Shown here: positions 51,322 through 64,000 of the stretch, one piece after another
Numbering within the stretch: the stretch's first letter is position 1
Layout: each line of letters starts with the position of its first letter
Assembly: GCA_951406725.2 (NCBI GenBank)
Contig: OX597824.1
Coordinates: 12,958,001 to 13,022,000 of the forward strand
Direction: 5' to 3'
Length of the DNA: 64,000 bases
Origin: Octopus vulgaris
Lineage: Eukaryota
Notes under the pieces: model-generated
What the model was told of the DNA's origin: nothing
The model's input: only the letters and a program-made list of their open reading frames with translations
Database searches by the model: none
Translations under genes and position numbers: made by a program

Positions 51322-51925
51322 TACCTCTTTCTTTACTACCCACAAGGGGCTAAACACAGAGAGGACAAACAAGGACAGACAAAGGGATTAAGTCGATTAT
51401 ATCGGCCCCAGTGCGTAACTGGTACTTATTTAATCGACCCCGAAAGGATGAAAGGCAAAGTCGACTTCGGCGGAATTTGAACCCAGAACGTAGCGGCAGA
51501 CGAAATACCTATTTCTTTACTACCCACAAGGGGCTAAACACAGAGAGGACAAACAAGGATAGACAAACGGATTAAGTCGATTATATCGACCCCAGTGCGT
51601 AACTGGTACTTATTCAATCGACCCCGAAAGGATGAAAGGCAAAGTCGACCTCGGCGGAATTTGAACTCAGAACGTAGCGGCAGACGAAATACCCATTTCT
51701 TTACTACCCACAAGGGGTTAAACACAGGGAGGACAAACAAGGATAGACAAACGGATTAAGTCGATTATATCGACCCCCAGTGCGTAACTGGTACTTATTT
51801 AAACGACCCCGAAAGGATGAAAGGCAAAGTCGACCTCGGCGGAATTTGAACTCGGAACATAGCGGCAGACGAAATGCCACTAAGCATTTCGCCCGGCGTG
51901 CTAACGATTCTGCCAGCTCGCCAAC
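51322..51925 (-). mobile_element. Head-to-tail trimer of a MetaSINE-like tRNA SINE (one full copy plus two head-truncated ~182-bp units)
   Basis: GCCTTTCATCCTTTCGGGGTCGAT...AAGTACCAG core; junctions GACGAAATACC|TATTTC. Confidence 0.8.
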
Positions 51926-53843
51926 GGTACCTTGTTACACAAGGTACCGTTACTGTTTGTTCCAGCTTAACTCGGCTCTGATCGAGAAATCCTATGAATA
52001 AATACATTCCAGATGTGACCATCCTACCTTTTTGTATATTAAGAGCTTCGTTGCCCAACAATGTTCTTCTTTTCTTTAAGACGGTAAGATGTGATTTGAG
52101 GTATATTTGATTGCTATTTCTAGCAGGCTGAGTAACCATGTGAAAGCTCCCGCCGGTAGTTTGTGTACTCTTATGGTGGTCACTCGAGGTATCACTCGGG
52201 AAATCGCCTACAACTGAAACATCTCTACGAGAGCAATTACGATGAATGTCATTAATTGGAGATTGTCCCATTTCTAATTGTTTTTAGGCGGGAAACGTAC
52301 GGTGGTGGTGGTGGTGATGATGGTGGTGGTGGTGGTGATGGTACTGGAGGGGGTCGCGGTGTTTCGATGGTGGGAGTGGTTGCGTTGGCGGTGGTGGTGG
52401 TGGTGGTTGAGGTGTGAGAGTCGATCGGGGATTGAATACAAATAGTTATTTGTTTTGCTCTTTTTAAACATTGTTTCGAAGTTAAGGTTTTGTTAATTGT
52501 TTATTTAAAAACGAAACGAAAAAAAAAAAAACAATTACAAACGCACAGTCACGCATACATGTCTAATTTGTGTGTGTACACACACACACACGCAAACAAA
52601 CGCACACACACACACACACACTCAGATAATGAGAAAGAGAGAGAGAGAAATATGCAAACATACATACACGTACAGACACACCAAAATGGAAGGCAAACAA
52701 CAAGCAAACAAACCATTGAAATCAATTTTGATTGAATGATAGTTTGATTTCTTCCAGAACACTGGCAGATAATTTGCTAATGGTACAAAAAAAGAAAAAG
52801 GTAACAGAAACATAATGATACGCTCACACACATACACATACACGCACACACACACACAACACTTATATAAAAAAAATAAACCAACCAACCAACCAACCAA
52901 CCAACCAACCAATCACCCAACAAACCAACATTATTGCATCTTGCTTCGCACAGCTGTGGTTAGGGGAAAGTAGTGCATCGTGGTTCTTATAAAGCTGCAA
53001 ATTAAACAGGCAATATAATCCAATCCGTCAATACAAGTGTTAAAAAAAACAACCACTATATCACCATTAAACAGGCAATATTACCAACAATCACTTCATC
53101 AAACAACAACAACAACAACAACAACAACAGAAACTATAGCCCGGGAAGCAATAGCTCATAGGAAGTTTAGAGGAGTTAAGTGAATGAGCGAGGTCTGAAC
53201 TGTTAATGTGTCGATAGGAGCAATTACTGCGGTAACAAACGTTACAATTAATCCCAGTTTAACCATCCATAAGATATCTCCGCCATTCATTTTCATATAA
53301 GAGTTTTGTCTGTCTCCGCTCTCCTCTATTACTGCAATACTCTGGTGTACTCTGGTGCACATTCAAGCGAACCCAAAATGCCAGCCAGCACTACTAACTT
53401 CCTATGCATGCTGCTTCATCAAAACTGTGTTAATACCGTTACAGTTGCTTCTACAACCGCCTATTTCCCCTAATCTCTGCGGACAACGAAGTAAAATGTC
53501 CTCCGTTCGTCGACTTTAAAGCGCTCGATTCTACATTTCGTTCCACATCACTTGCAGAGCAATAGTCCATTCCTCAGTCTCCCCCTCTCTCTCTACATAT
53601 ATGTTTGTGTGTGTGTGTGTGTGTGTATGCCTATATATACAGACATATATATATATATATATATATATGAATATATGAATATATATGCATATATGTATGT
53701 TTATATATATATATATATATGTATGCATGTATGTATTTATATGTATGTATGTATTTATATATATGTTAGTATATATGTATATATATATATATGTGTGTCT
53801 ATATATATATAGAGAGAAGAGAGATAGATAGATAGATAGATAG

Positions 53844-53889
<46 letters not shown>

Positions 53890-53958
53890 GTATGTATATA
53901 TGTATTTATGTATTTATGTACGTAACTATTAATGCAACAATGTACATATGTATGTGTG

Positions 53959-54001
<43 letters not shown>

Positions 54002-55009
54002 GGGAAGCTTTATGAAAATAGACAAAAGACGAAGGCAGGTGGAAAACAAACGAACAATTGTATTAGTATGGCGCTCAGGAAATATAAATAAAACAAGTCT
54101 TTAACGTTTCGAGCCTACGCTCTTCAACAGAAAGATACACAGAGAGAGAAAAAAACACAGAAAGAAGGAGAGAAAAAAAATGCGTGCAGTAGCTAACGAA
54201 TCAACATGGCGATCTGATTTCGGCCAGAGGTCAAAGATCAAACATGTGACGCGAGAGCGAAATAAGGGGAGATAATAGGGTTGATAATATGGTTGAAGGA
54301 CCAGCTAATAGTGCGTAGGAGGGTCTGGACGTGTGTATGTATAGGGTTGGTGTATGTATTAGTATGTATAAGGGTGTGTGTGTGTGTGTGTGTGTGTATG
54401 AGAGAGTATTAGTGCGTAGGATTGGTGTGGACGTGCGTATGTATGGGGTTGGTGTATGTATTAGTATGTATTAGTATGTATTAGTACGTATTAGTATGTA
54501 TAAGTGTGTGTGTGTGTGTGTATGAGAGAGTATAAGTGCGTATGAGGGGTCTGGACGTGTGTATGTATAGGGTTGGTGTATGTATTAGTATGTATTAGTA
54601 TGTATTAGTACGTATTAGTATGTATTAGTTGGTGTATGTATTAGTATGGCACATCATATATGATGTGATGTGTGAAGTCGTGTGGTGTAGTGAGGAGAAG
54701 AGGGGGGAAGAAGAGGGAGGAGGAGAGGGGGAAGAGGAGAGGATGGGGGAGAGAGAGGAGGGGGAGAAGGAAGGGGAGGAGGGGGGGAAGGAGGAAAGAG
54801 GGAGAGGGGGAGTGAGGGAGCAGAGGGAAGGGGAAGAGGGAAGGAGGGAGGGAGAAAGAGGGAAGAAGGGAAGGGGAGTAGGGGTGAAAGGATGAAGGAC
54901 TGAAGAAGTAGGGGTCGGGGGGAAAGGATAGGTGAGGAGGGGGGAGAGGGGGTTAGATGAGGAGGGGGGAGAGTTGAGACCAAATGGCGTATAAGAGCGA
55001 AGAGAGAAG

Positions 55010-55066
<57 letters not shown>

Positions 55067-55403
55067 TTATGTATGTATGTATGTATGTACGTATGTATAC
55101 GTAGATATCTATCTAACTTTCAGTGTATTTATCTCCTCCTCCGTGTATTTATATGTCCAGTAACTTACAAAGATATATACACTGTTGCTCACGAGGTATA
55201 AGTTGTGTTGATCAGTTATAGTTACAGGAGATAAACCCAGTTTTAGGAATTTCCAGGGATATCAAATCATATTTGCATATAATGAAAACTAAAAGGACCG
55301 GAAAAAATTCTACTCCCTGGTAAAATCCTTTTGAGAAGGCTTGCTGTCACCAATCCATCACCACCCTTAAATCCCCGCCACACAAACATCCATCCATTCA
55401 TCC

Positions 55404-56858
55404 ATACATACATACATAATACATACGTACATACATACATACATAATACATACATACATGCATACATACATACATACATACATACACACTACACACATAC
55501 ATACATACATACATACATACATACATACATACATACATACATACATACATACATACATACATACATACATACATACATACATACATACATACATACATAC
55601 ATACATACATACATACATACATACATACATACATACATACATACATACATACGCATACATACATACACACATACATACATACATACATACATACATACAT
55701 ACATACATACATACATACATACATACATACATACATACATACATACATACATACATACATACATACATACATACATACATACATACATACATACATACAT
55801 ACATACATACATACATACATACATACATACATACATACATACATACATACATACATACATACATACATACATACATACATACATACATACATACATACAT
55901 ACATACAAACATACATACATACATACATACATACATACATACATACATACATACACACATACATACATACATACAAACATACATACATACATACATACAT
56001 ACATACATACATACATACATACAAACATACATACATACATACAAACATACATACAAACATACATACATACATACAAACATACATACATACATACATACAT
56101 ACATACATACATACATACAAACATACATACATACATACATACATACATACAAACATACATACACACATACATACATACATACAAACATACATACATACAT
56201 ACATACATACATACATACATACATACATACATACATACATACATACATACATACATACATACATACATACAAACATACATACATACATACATACATACAT
56301 ACATACATACAAACATACATACACACATACATACATACATACAAACATACATACATACATACATACATACATACAAACATACATACATACATACAAACAT
56401 ACATACATACATACATACATACATACAAACATACATACATACATACATACATACATACATACATACATACAAACATACATACACACATACATACATACAT
56501 ACAAACATACATACAAACATACATACATACATACATACATACATACATACATACATACATACATACATACATACATACACACATACATACATACATATAC
56601 ATACATACATACAAACATACATACACATACATACATACATACATACATACATACATACATACATACATACATACATACATACATACATACATACATACAA
56701 ACATACATACACACATACATACATACATACAAACATACATACATACATACAAACATACATACATACCTACATACATACATACATACACACATACATACAT
56801 ACAAACATACATTATACATACATACATACATACATACCTACATACATACATACATACA
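55404..56858 (+). repeat. ~1.45-kb (ATAC)n microsatellite
   Basis: Seen directly; it is the source of the spurious 400-500 aa ORFs. Confidence 0.97.
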
Positions 56859-57103
56859 TGTACGAAAAGGAATTATTATGAACATTCTAAAAGCAACAGG
56901 AACACCATATTTTGAAGCTAATGTTTCAAATTCTTACATTTGTGAAATCCTGTGTTGAAACAGGTATTTTCTTCTTGCCAAATGAAAACATGCCCTGTAT
57001 AATCGCGTTCACATTTTTTCGATGTCCTGTACCCATATATGCATGTATATATTCATATACATATAGGTGTGTACATATATGTATGTATATATGAATATAC
57101 TTA

Positions 57104-57318
<215 letters not shown>

Positions 57319-57484
57319 GCCTTCCTCATCATCGAAAATGCTCCTACTTACCCTCCTAATCTCGAAGATGATATCCTGGACAAATTTTAATTTATAAAAG
57401 TTTTGTACCTTTCACGAAACACCACACCTATTATTCATCAAACACCTGTTTCGTCGGTGTTTTGAAATCACCGAAAATACAAAT

Positions 57485-58460
57485 CTAATCCTTCGTAAGT
57501 TTTGGAAGGAGCACTACAACATTGTAAAATGCCTGAAAATCATCGATATGGCCTGGCAGAGTGGAACGAGGACGCTGAATTCTGCATGGAGGAAACTGTG
57601 GCCTGACTGCGTATCTGAAAGAGACTTCGAGGGATTTGAGCCAGAGATACCTGTAGTCGAGAAGATAGTGTTTCTTGGCAAGTCCATGGGCCTTGAGGTT
57701 GACGAATGGGACATTAACGATCTCGTCGAGGAACACTCAGAGGAGCTGACGACAGATGAACTCCTGCAGCATCAAGAAGCAGCATTTGGATGCGGTGGAA
57801 GAGATTGGTTCCCCGGAGGAGAAGACAGTAGTGGAGAAGGCTATCTCTACGAGTGACATAAAGGCAACGTTGGTAAAGTGGCAGTATGTTTCTGAATTTG
57901 TAGAAAACTATCATCCTGATAAACTATCTACAGGTCGTGCAACTGCTTTATTTAATGACTCTGCTCTGGCACATTTTCATAACATTTTGAAAGGCAGGAA
58001 AAAGCAGACTAATGAAACGACCAGCAAGTGTAAAAGTGAAGAAAATGCATCCAAAAAGCCTAAATTAAGGTGAGAGAGAAAACGCCGGAAATTGCTCTTG
58101 CTGAAGTTTTAACGGCTGATTCCTCTTCCAAACAGCAATCCTCCTTCTCGCTCTATCGTCTTCCTCATGCACAGATCGTCCCATCTTTCAGATAATTCAG
58201 TTTATAAAACCAATTTGTATATTTATTTTGCATGCTCTTTTTAATAATTGTCATTTTACTTGTAACTATACCTTTTCTGTTTTAAAACTCATAAAAAAAT
58301 TATTTTTGGATGCTTTTGGCGGGCTGGAACGGATTATTCGTATTTTAGTTAATTTCAATGGGGAAAATTGATTTGTAAAACGAGTAAATAGTAAAACGAA
58401 TAAATCGATAAACAAGCTCAGTTATGGAACGAATAAAACTTGTAGTGCGGGGTATCACTG
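57485..58460 (+). mobile_element. Tigger/pogo-like transposase 3' fragment with right TIR
   Basis: AWQSGTRTLNSAWRKLWPDCVSERDFEGFE...LTTDEL, then frameshifted FVENYHPDK...HFHNILKGRKKQ. Terminus CGGGGTATCACTG at 58448-58460. Confidence 0.85.
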
Positions 58461-58588
58461 TTTATACATTTACCTGTCGTTATACAGTGCTACCATTGGT
58501 TTCATGCATTACATTACAATTATCAAGTCTTCCTTTTAAAAATGTTTAAACTTTCTCCATATCGGATATGACCATATACATACATACA

Positions 58589-58660
<72 letters not shown>

Positions 58661-58669
58661 TATATAGAT

Positions 58670-58711
<42 letters not shown>

Positions 58712-59018
58712 GAGGTATATATTCACTATGTATATGTGTATCGAATATATATATATATTCTTTTATTTTTACTTGTTTCAGTCATTTGACTGCAACCATG
58801 CTGGAGCACCGCCTTTAGTCGAAGAAATCGATCCCAGGACTTATTCCATATAAGCCTCGTACTTAATCTATCGGTCTCTTTTGCTGAACTGCTAAGTTAC
58901 GGGGATGTAAACACACCAATATCGGTTATCAAGCGACGGTGGTGAGGGCGGGACAAACATATACATATATATATATGTGTGTGTTTGTGCGTGTGTGTGT
59001 GTATGTATATATATGTAT

Positions 59019-59051
<33 letters not shown>

Positions 59052-59095
59052 AACATTATGTATATGTGTATATAATATATATATATATATACATC

Positions 59096-59173
<78 letters not shown>

Positions 59174-60070
59174 ATATATGCATACACAAATACACACATA
59201 AATGAAGTTATCTTTTATATTATATATCTGGCTATATCTAAAACTGGGATTATTAATTAAAATCCGCTACGCCAATAAGATTGGATGGAAATCATAGAAC
59301 TATGTATAACTATACAATTAAGTAGGAAGGGTAAACGGAAAGATGGAAGGCCACATAAAACGCATGGAAAATGCATAAAGTAAGCAAACTACATTTTAAA
59401 AGAACAGCATTTAGGCATAATATTTAGTATATCAAGAATGGAACAAACGATCATCTGTATCTGCTGTAGTTTCCAATTCAGTTAGTGAATGGTTTAGATT
59501 TCTGATATTGATTTCTTACATTGGCCTATGACAGCAGTTTTGCAGAGGAAGCGTACAACTGATTGAATTGCCGCCGCCACCGCCTGCGAATATACGTCGC
59601 CGCTTCCTTCTGCCGCGGGGTATGCGAGCTACTTCTATCGAATCTAGAATATAAGAAAGGCAAAAGCCATCTCAGTTGGATATGAATTTATAACTAAAGA
59701 GGACAAAACTGAAGATGATCCTCCATTTTACGTATTTTCAGATGAGTGCATTTATCTTAATAAAAGCATATATTTACAAAATTTAGTGTGAAAGTGGCAG
59801 GGAGTGCAAAATGTGTAGTTGTAGCTGTTGTTGTTGTTGTTGTTGTTTTGTGTGTTGCCTCAAGTCAGATCTAAACTGACAGACCTATGACCAAAAGTAT
59901 TCCAGTCGTGACATTCACATCGTCTCATGGACATTTACACCTGCCAGAAGCGAGCTCTCTCTTCGTTTAACCATAACCGATTTCTTCCGGACAAAAAGAG
60001 AACGGGAAAAGAAAAAAGAGAAACAGAAAAAAAGATAGATAGACAGATAGAGAGATAGATAGAGAGATAT

Positions 60071-60123
<53 letters not shown>

Positions 60124-60200
60124 CAGATAGAAAGAAAGATAGGAATAGAGATAAATGGTATTAAATAGAGATAGAAAGAGGCAGCTAGCTAGCTTGTTAA

Positions 60201-60241
<41 letters not shown>

Positions 60242-60300
60242 CAAACAGACAGACAGTCAGATAGTTAGATAGATAGATAGATAGATAGATAGATTGATAA

Positions 60301-60351
<51 letters not shown>

Positions 60352-60376
60352 GGTAGATAGATAGATAGATTGATAA

Positions 60377-60437
<61 letters not shown>

Positions 60438-60894
60438 CAAACCGACCGGCAGACAGACAGTCAGATAGTTAGATAGATAGATAGATAGATCGATAAAGGG
60501 AAAGAGGGATTGACTAGAGTAAAAATATTTTTCCTTATCCACATCCGCCCCGAAAAGATTAAACGCAAAGTTAATGGCGACTGAGTTTATAATCAATGCA
60601 TTGCGAGCCGGAACGAATACTGATAGGCATTCTATGCAATCTTCTAATGACCCGTGAAATTTGTCGCCTTAAAACCCCCATAAGCATACAAATCTTACTT
60701 TGCTGAAATCAAAAGGATGGACACATTAAGCAATATAATTCTGGACACTGGCCCAAAATGAAAGACGGCGTGGTCTGGTCACGGCATGGATGCCATGGAT
60801 CATAATAGTCTTTGATCAGAACTACTGAACTCCTAGGTCAAATTGGACTAAACCACGTCTATGAAAACAACAACAACAGCTGCTGCTGCTGCTG

Positions 60895-60952
<58 letters not shown>

Positions 60953-62412
60953 CACTGTTAGGGTGCATGGCTCAGTGGCTAGAGCGTCGAGCTTACGATC
61001 GTGAGGTTGTGAGTTTCGAATCCCGGACCGGGCTGCGTGTTGTGTTTTTGAGCAAGACACTTTATTTCACTTTGCCCCAGTTCCCTCAGCTGTAGAAATG
61101 AGTTGCGACGTCACTGGTGCCAAGCTGTATCGGCCCCTTTTGCCTTTCCCTTGGATAATACTAGGGGCGTGGAGAGGGGAGGCCGGTATACATGGGCGAT
61201 TGCTCGTCTTTCATAAACAACATTGCCCGGACTTGTGCCCGGGAGGGTAACTTTCTAGGTGCAATCCTACGGTCAGTCATGACCGAAGGGGATCTCAACT
61301 ACTACTACTACTACTACTACTGTTGTGGTTAGTACAAAGAATTAGCCTTTAGCTCATTAAACTAGGGGCGTGGTTTTAGTGTCAGTTTGAAATACCCCCC
61401 ACCTTTAACCGACTCTAGTGATCCTCTTAAGAAGGGTATAAAGCGCGAACGTCCTAATTTTCTTCCCTGGTCATATAATATGTTTGTGCTTAAGCAAAAA
61501 AAAAAAAAAAAAAATGGCTATCATTATATATCATTCATAAGGGAACGAGCTGGTAGAATCGTTAACATGCAGCGCAAAATACTAAGCGGTATTTGGTCCG
61601 TCTTTACGTTCTGAGTTCAAATTCCGCTGAGGTCAACGTCTCCTTTTATCATTTCAGTGTCGATGAAATAAGTATCAGTTGAGCACTGGGTTAATCGACA
61701 AGTCCTCCTCCTCCAAATTTTAGGCTTTGTGCCTATTGTAGAAAGGATTATATATTTTTTTTATTTTAGGGCTGAGTTCTGTAAGAAAATATCGAGAGCA
61801 ATTATAACGATTTTATTATGAAAATCTAATAAAAAATATTCTGTCCATTTGTTTTTTTTTTCCTTTTATTTTCAGTTTTGAACAGATTTATGGAAGAAAT
61901 GAGTTTCTGAAAAGAAAACAGCAACATTACACATTTTAAGCAGGTATAGAATGAATTATTATTATTGACATAAGATTTGGTTCTTATGTCTGTCATGAGC
62001 CTTAGGATTCATAAGGCCAGAGCTTAACCCGGTTTCAATTGCATATAAGTGAATGAGATTACAACAAAGCCCCACCTATTCTGAACGGGACGCCGGGACG
62101 CCGGTCAGTCGCAGGGTTAACTTCCCAGTTATTGCTGGAACTCATTTTCAGCTTTGTGGACTGAAGCAAAGTGAAACCAAGTATTTTGCTCGAGAATACA
62201 ACACACTACCAGCTTCAGGAATCGAAACCGCTATCTTACGATCGTGTGAACAACACCCTAACCCTAGACCACACACTTTCACAGACAGTTCGGTTGGGTG
62301 GGAGTAATTGATTAAGTTGGCCATATTACATCGTTAGAAATTATTTCATAGACCCCCGGAGGACGGACGACAAATCCGTCTTTCAACTAGATTCGAATTC
62401 ACAGCCTAAAAA

Positions 62413-62939
62413 CACTGAATTAAAAATACCTATTTCTTTACTACCCACAAGGGGCTAAACATAGAGGGGAAAACAAGGACAAACAAAGGGATTAAGTCGA
62501 TTACATCGACCCCAGTGCGTAACTGGTACTTATTTAATCGACCCCGAAAGGAAGAAAGGCAAAGTCGGCCTCGGCGGAATTTGAACTCAGAACGTAACGG
62601 TAGACGAAATACTACTAAGCATTTCACCCGGCGTGCTAACGTTTCTGCCAGCTCGCCGCCTTAACTGAATTAAAAATACCTATTTCTTTATTACCCACAA
62701 GGGGCTAAACACAGAGGGGACAAACAGACAAACAAGGACAGACATAGGTATTAAGTCGATTACATCGACCCCAGTGCGCAACTGGTACTTAATTTATCGA
62801 CCCCGAAAGGATGAAAAGCAAAGTCGACCTCGGCGGAATTTGAACTCAGAACATAACGGTAGACGAAATACTGTTAAGCATTTCGCCCGGCGTGCTAACG
62901 TTTCTGCCAGCTCTCCGCCTCAACTGAATTAAAAATACC
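62413..62939 (-). mobile_element. Two full MetaSINE-like copies separated and flanked by three copies of a 17-bp TSD
   Basis: ACTGAATTAAAAATACC at ~62414, ~62664 and ~62923. Confidence 0.85.
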
Positions 62940-63479
62940 ATTATGTTATTCCCTATTCTGGTTTTCGCTGTTAGACATGGCATGGTAGGAACGGAGAAAT
63001 ACTGAACTAAATGACCCAAGTGTATTTTGTTTTAATTTTTAGATCCACGTTCTAGTTTCAAATCCCATCGGGTTAACTTTGCCTTTAATCTCTCCTAAGG
63101 GTCAATAGAAGCTCCATTGATGTTCTCAAATGAACCTTGTATAACATAGTTCTAAAAGTTATATCGTTCTTTAAGAAAAATCAAATACACCAAGGCGTAT
63201 ATAGTTCCTTTCAGTTCAGAGATCTATAACAATACATGAAACAAACACAATGACAAGTAACTCTTGTATCTAATAATGCGTCTTTTGATTAGTGATTTTA
63301 GCGATATGTACTATAGAGTGCTTGAACTAAATGTTTTAGAAAAGCTCGCAAATGATAATATTAAGTACACCTATTTATCCAACTATTCTAAACGCGCATA
63401 CATACATATATACATACATGCATACATACATACATACATACATACATACATACATACATACATACATACATGCATACAT

Positions 63480-63510
<31 letters not shown>

Positions 63511-64000
63511 ATTGTTTTCGGGTACTTTGTTTTTGTCCGAGAATCTCTTTTTAAAGTAGAGGAAATAGCTAAGGTTCTCTGGCTGCTATTTCTAAACTTC
63601 GGTGTGTGGTAAAGCAAATCTTTGCTGAACCCTATAGTAGAAAAGATTATTATTGTCAAGGCGGCAAGTTGGCATAGTTGTTTGCGCGCCGGATGAAATG
63701 CTTAGCGAAGAGTCGAAGTTGACTCTGGCTTTCATCCTTTTAGGGGTCGATAAAATAAGTATCAGTTGAACACCGAGATGGATGTGATCGACTAACACCC
63801 ACCCCCAAAAATGTTTGCCACTGTGGCAAAATTATTATTATTATTATTCTTTTCTACTCTAGGCACAAGGCCTGAAAATTTGGGGGAAGGGGGCCAATCG
63901 ATTAGATCGATCCCAGTACGCAACTAGTACTTAATTTTACGACGCCGAAAAGATGAAAGGCAAAGTCGACCTCAGCTGAATTTGAACTCAGAACGTAAAG

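Noticed and set aside
53130-53580. Unique, GC-balanced island with a 68-aa ORF
   Set aside because: Stops break the longer frames and there is no recognisable motif or splice pair. It may be regulatory or lncRNA, but I cannot support that.
55331-56915. 400-516 aa ORFs
   Set aside because: Translations of (ATAC)n, which lacks stops in several frames.

Overview
AT-rich, microsatellite- and SINE-dense animal DNA. The repeat landscape looks like a coleoid cephalopod (Octopus-like); this is an inference. The only host protein-coding gene I can support is a 12+ exon kizuna-like centrosomal gene (KIZ/PLK1S1) on the minus strand. Its ATG is at 29873 and it runs off the left edge. All 11 introns are GT-AG and phase-compatible. 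It has an RFX X-box about 33 bp upstream of the ATG and a probable divergent non-coding first exon. The rest is transposon debris: a mariner, a Tigger/pogo, a Chapaev3-like element, Gypsy, CR1, four non-autonomous Helitrons, MITEs and several tRNA-derived SINE families. The standout feature is a 2.3-kb array in KIZ intron 1 (25563-27866) of near-identical ~492-bp units. Each unit carries a complete type I hammerhead ribozyme, the units are arranged as tandem plus inverted copies, and the array sits in a (TA)n tract. It is a candidate cephalopod retrozyme (circular-RNA retroelement). Several other Penelope-type hammerhead motifs, often in fold-back pairs, are scattered through the gene. Two places in the gene look like assembly artefacts or rearrangements: a 63-bp coding-like array that appears inverted relative to exon 12, and exon 4, which is overwritten by SINE-identical patches.
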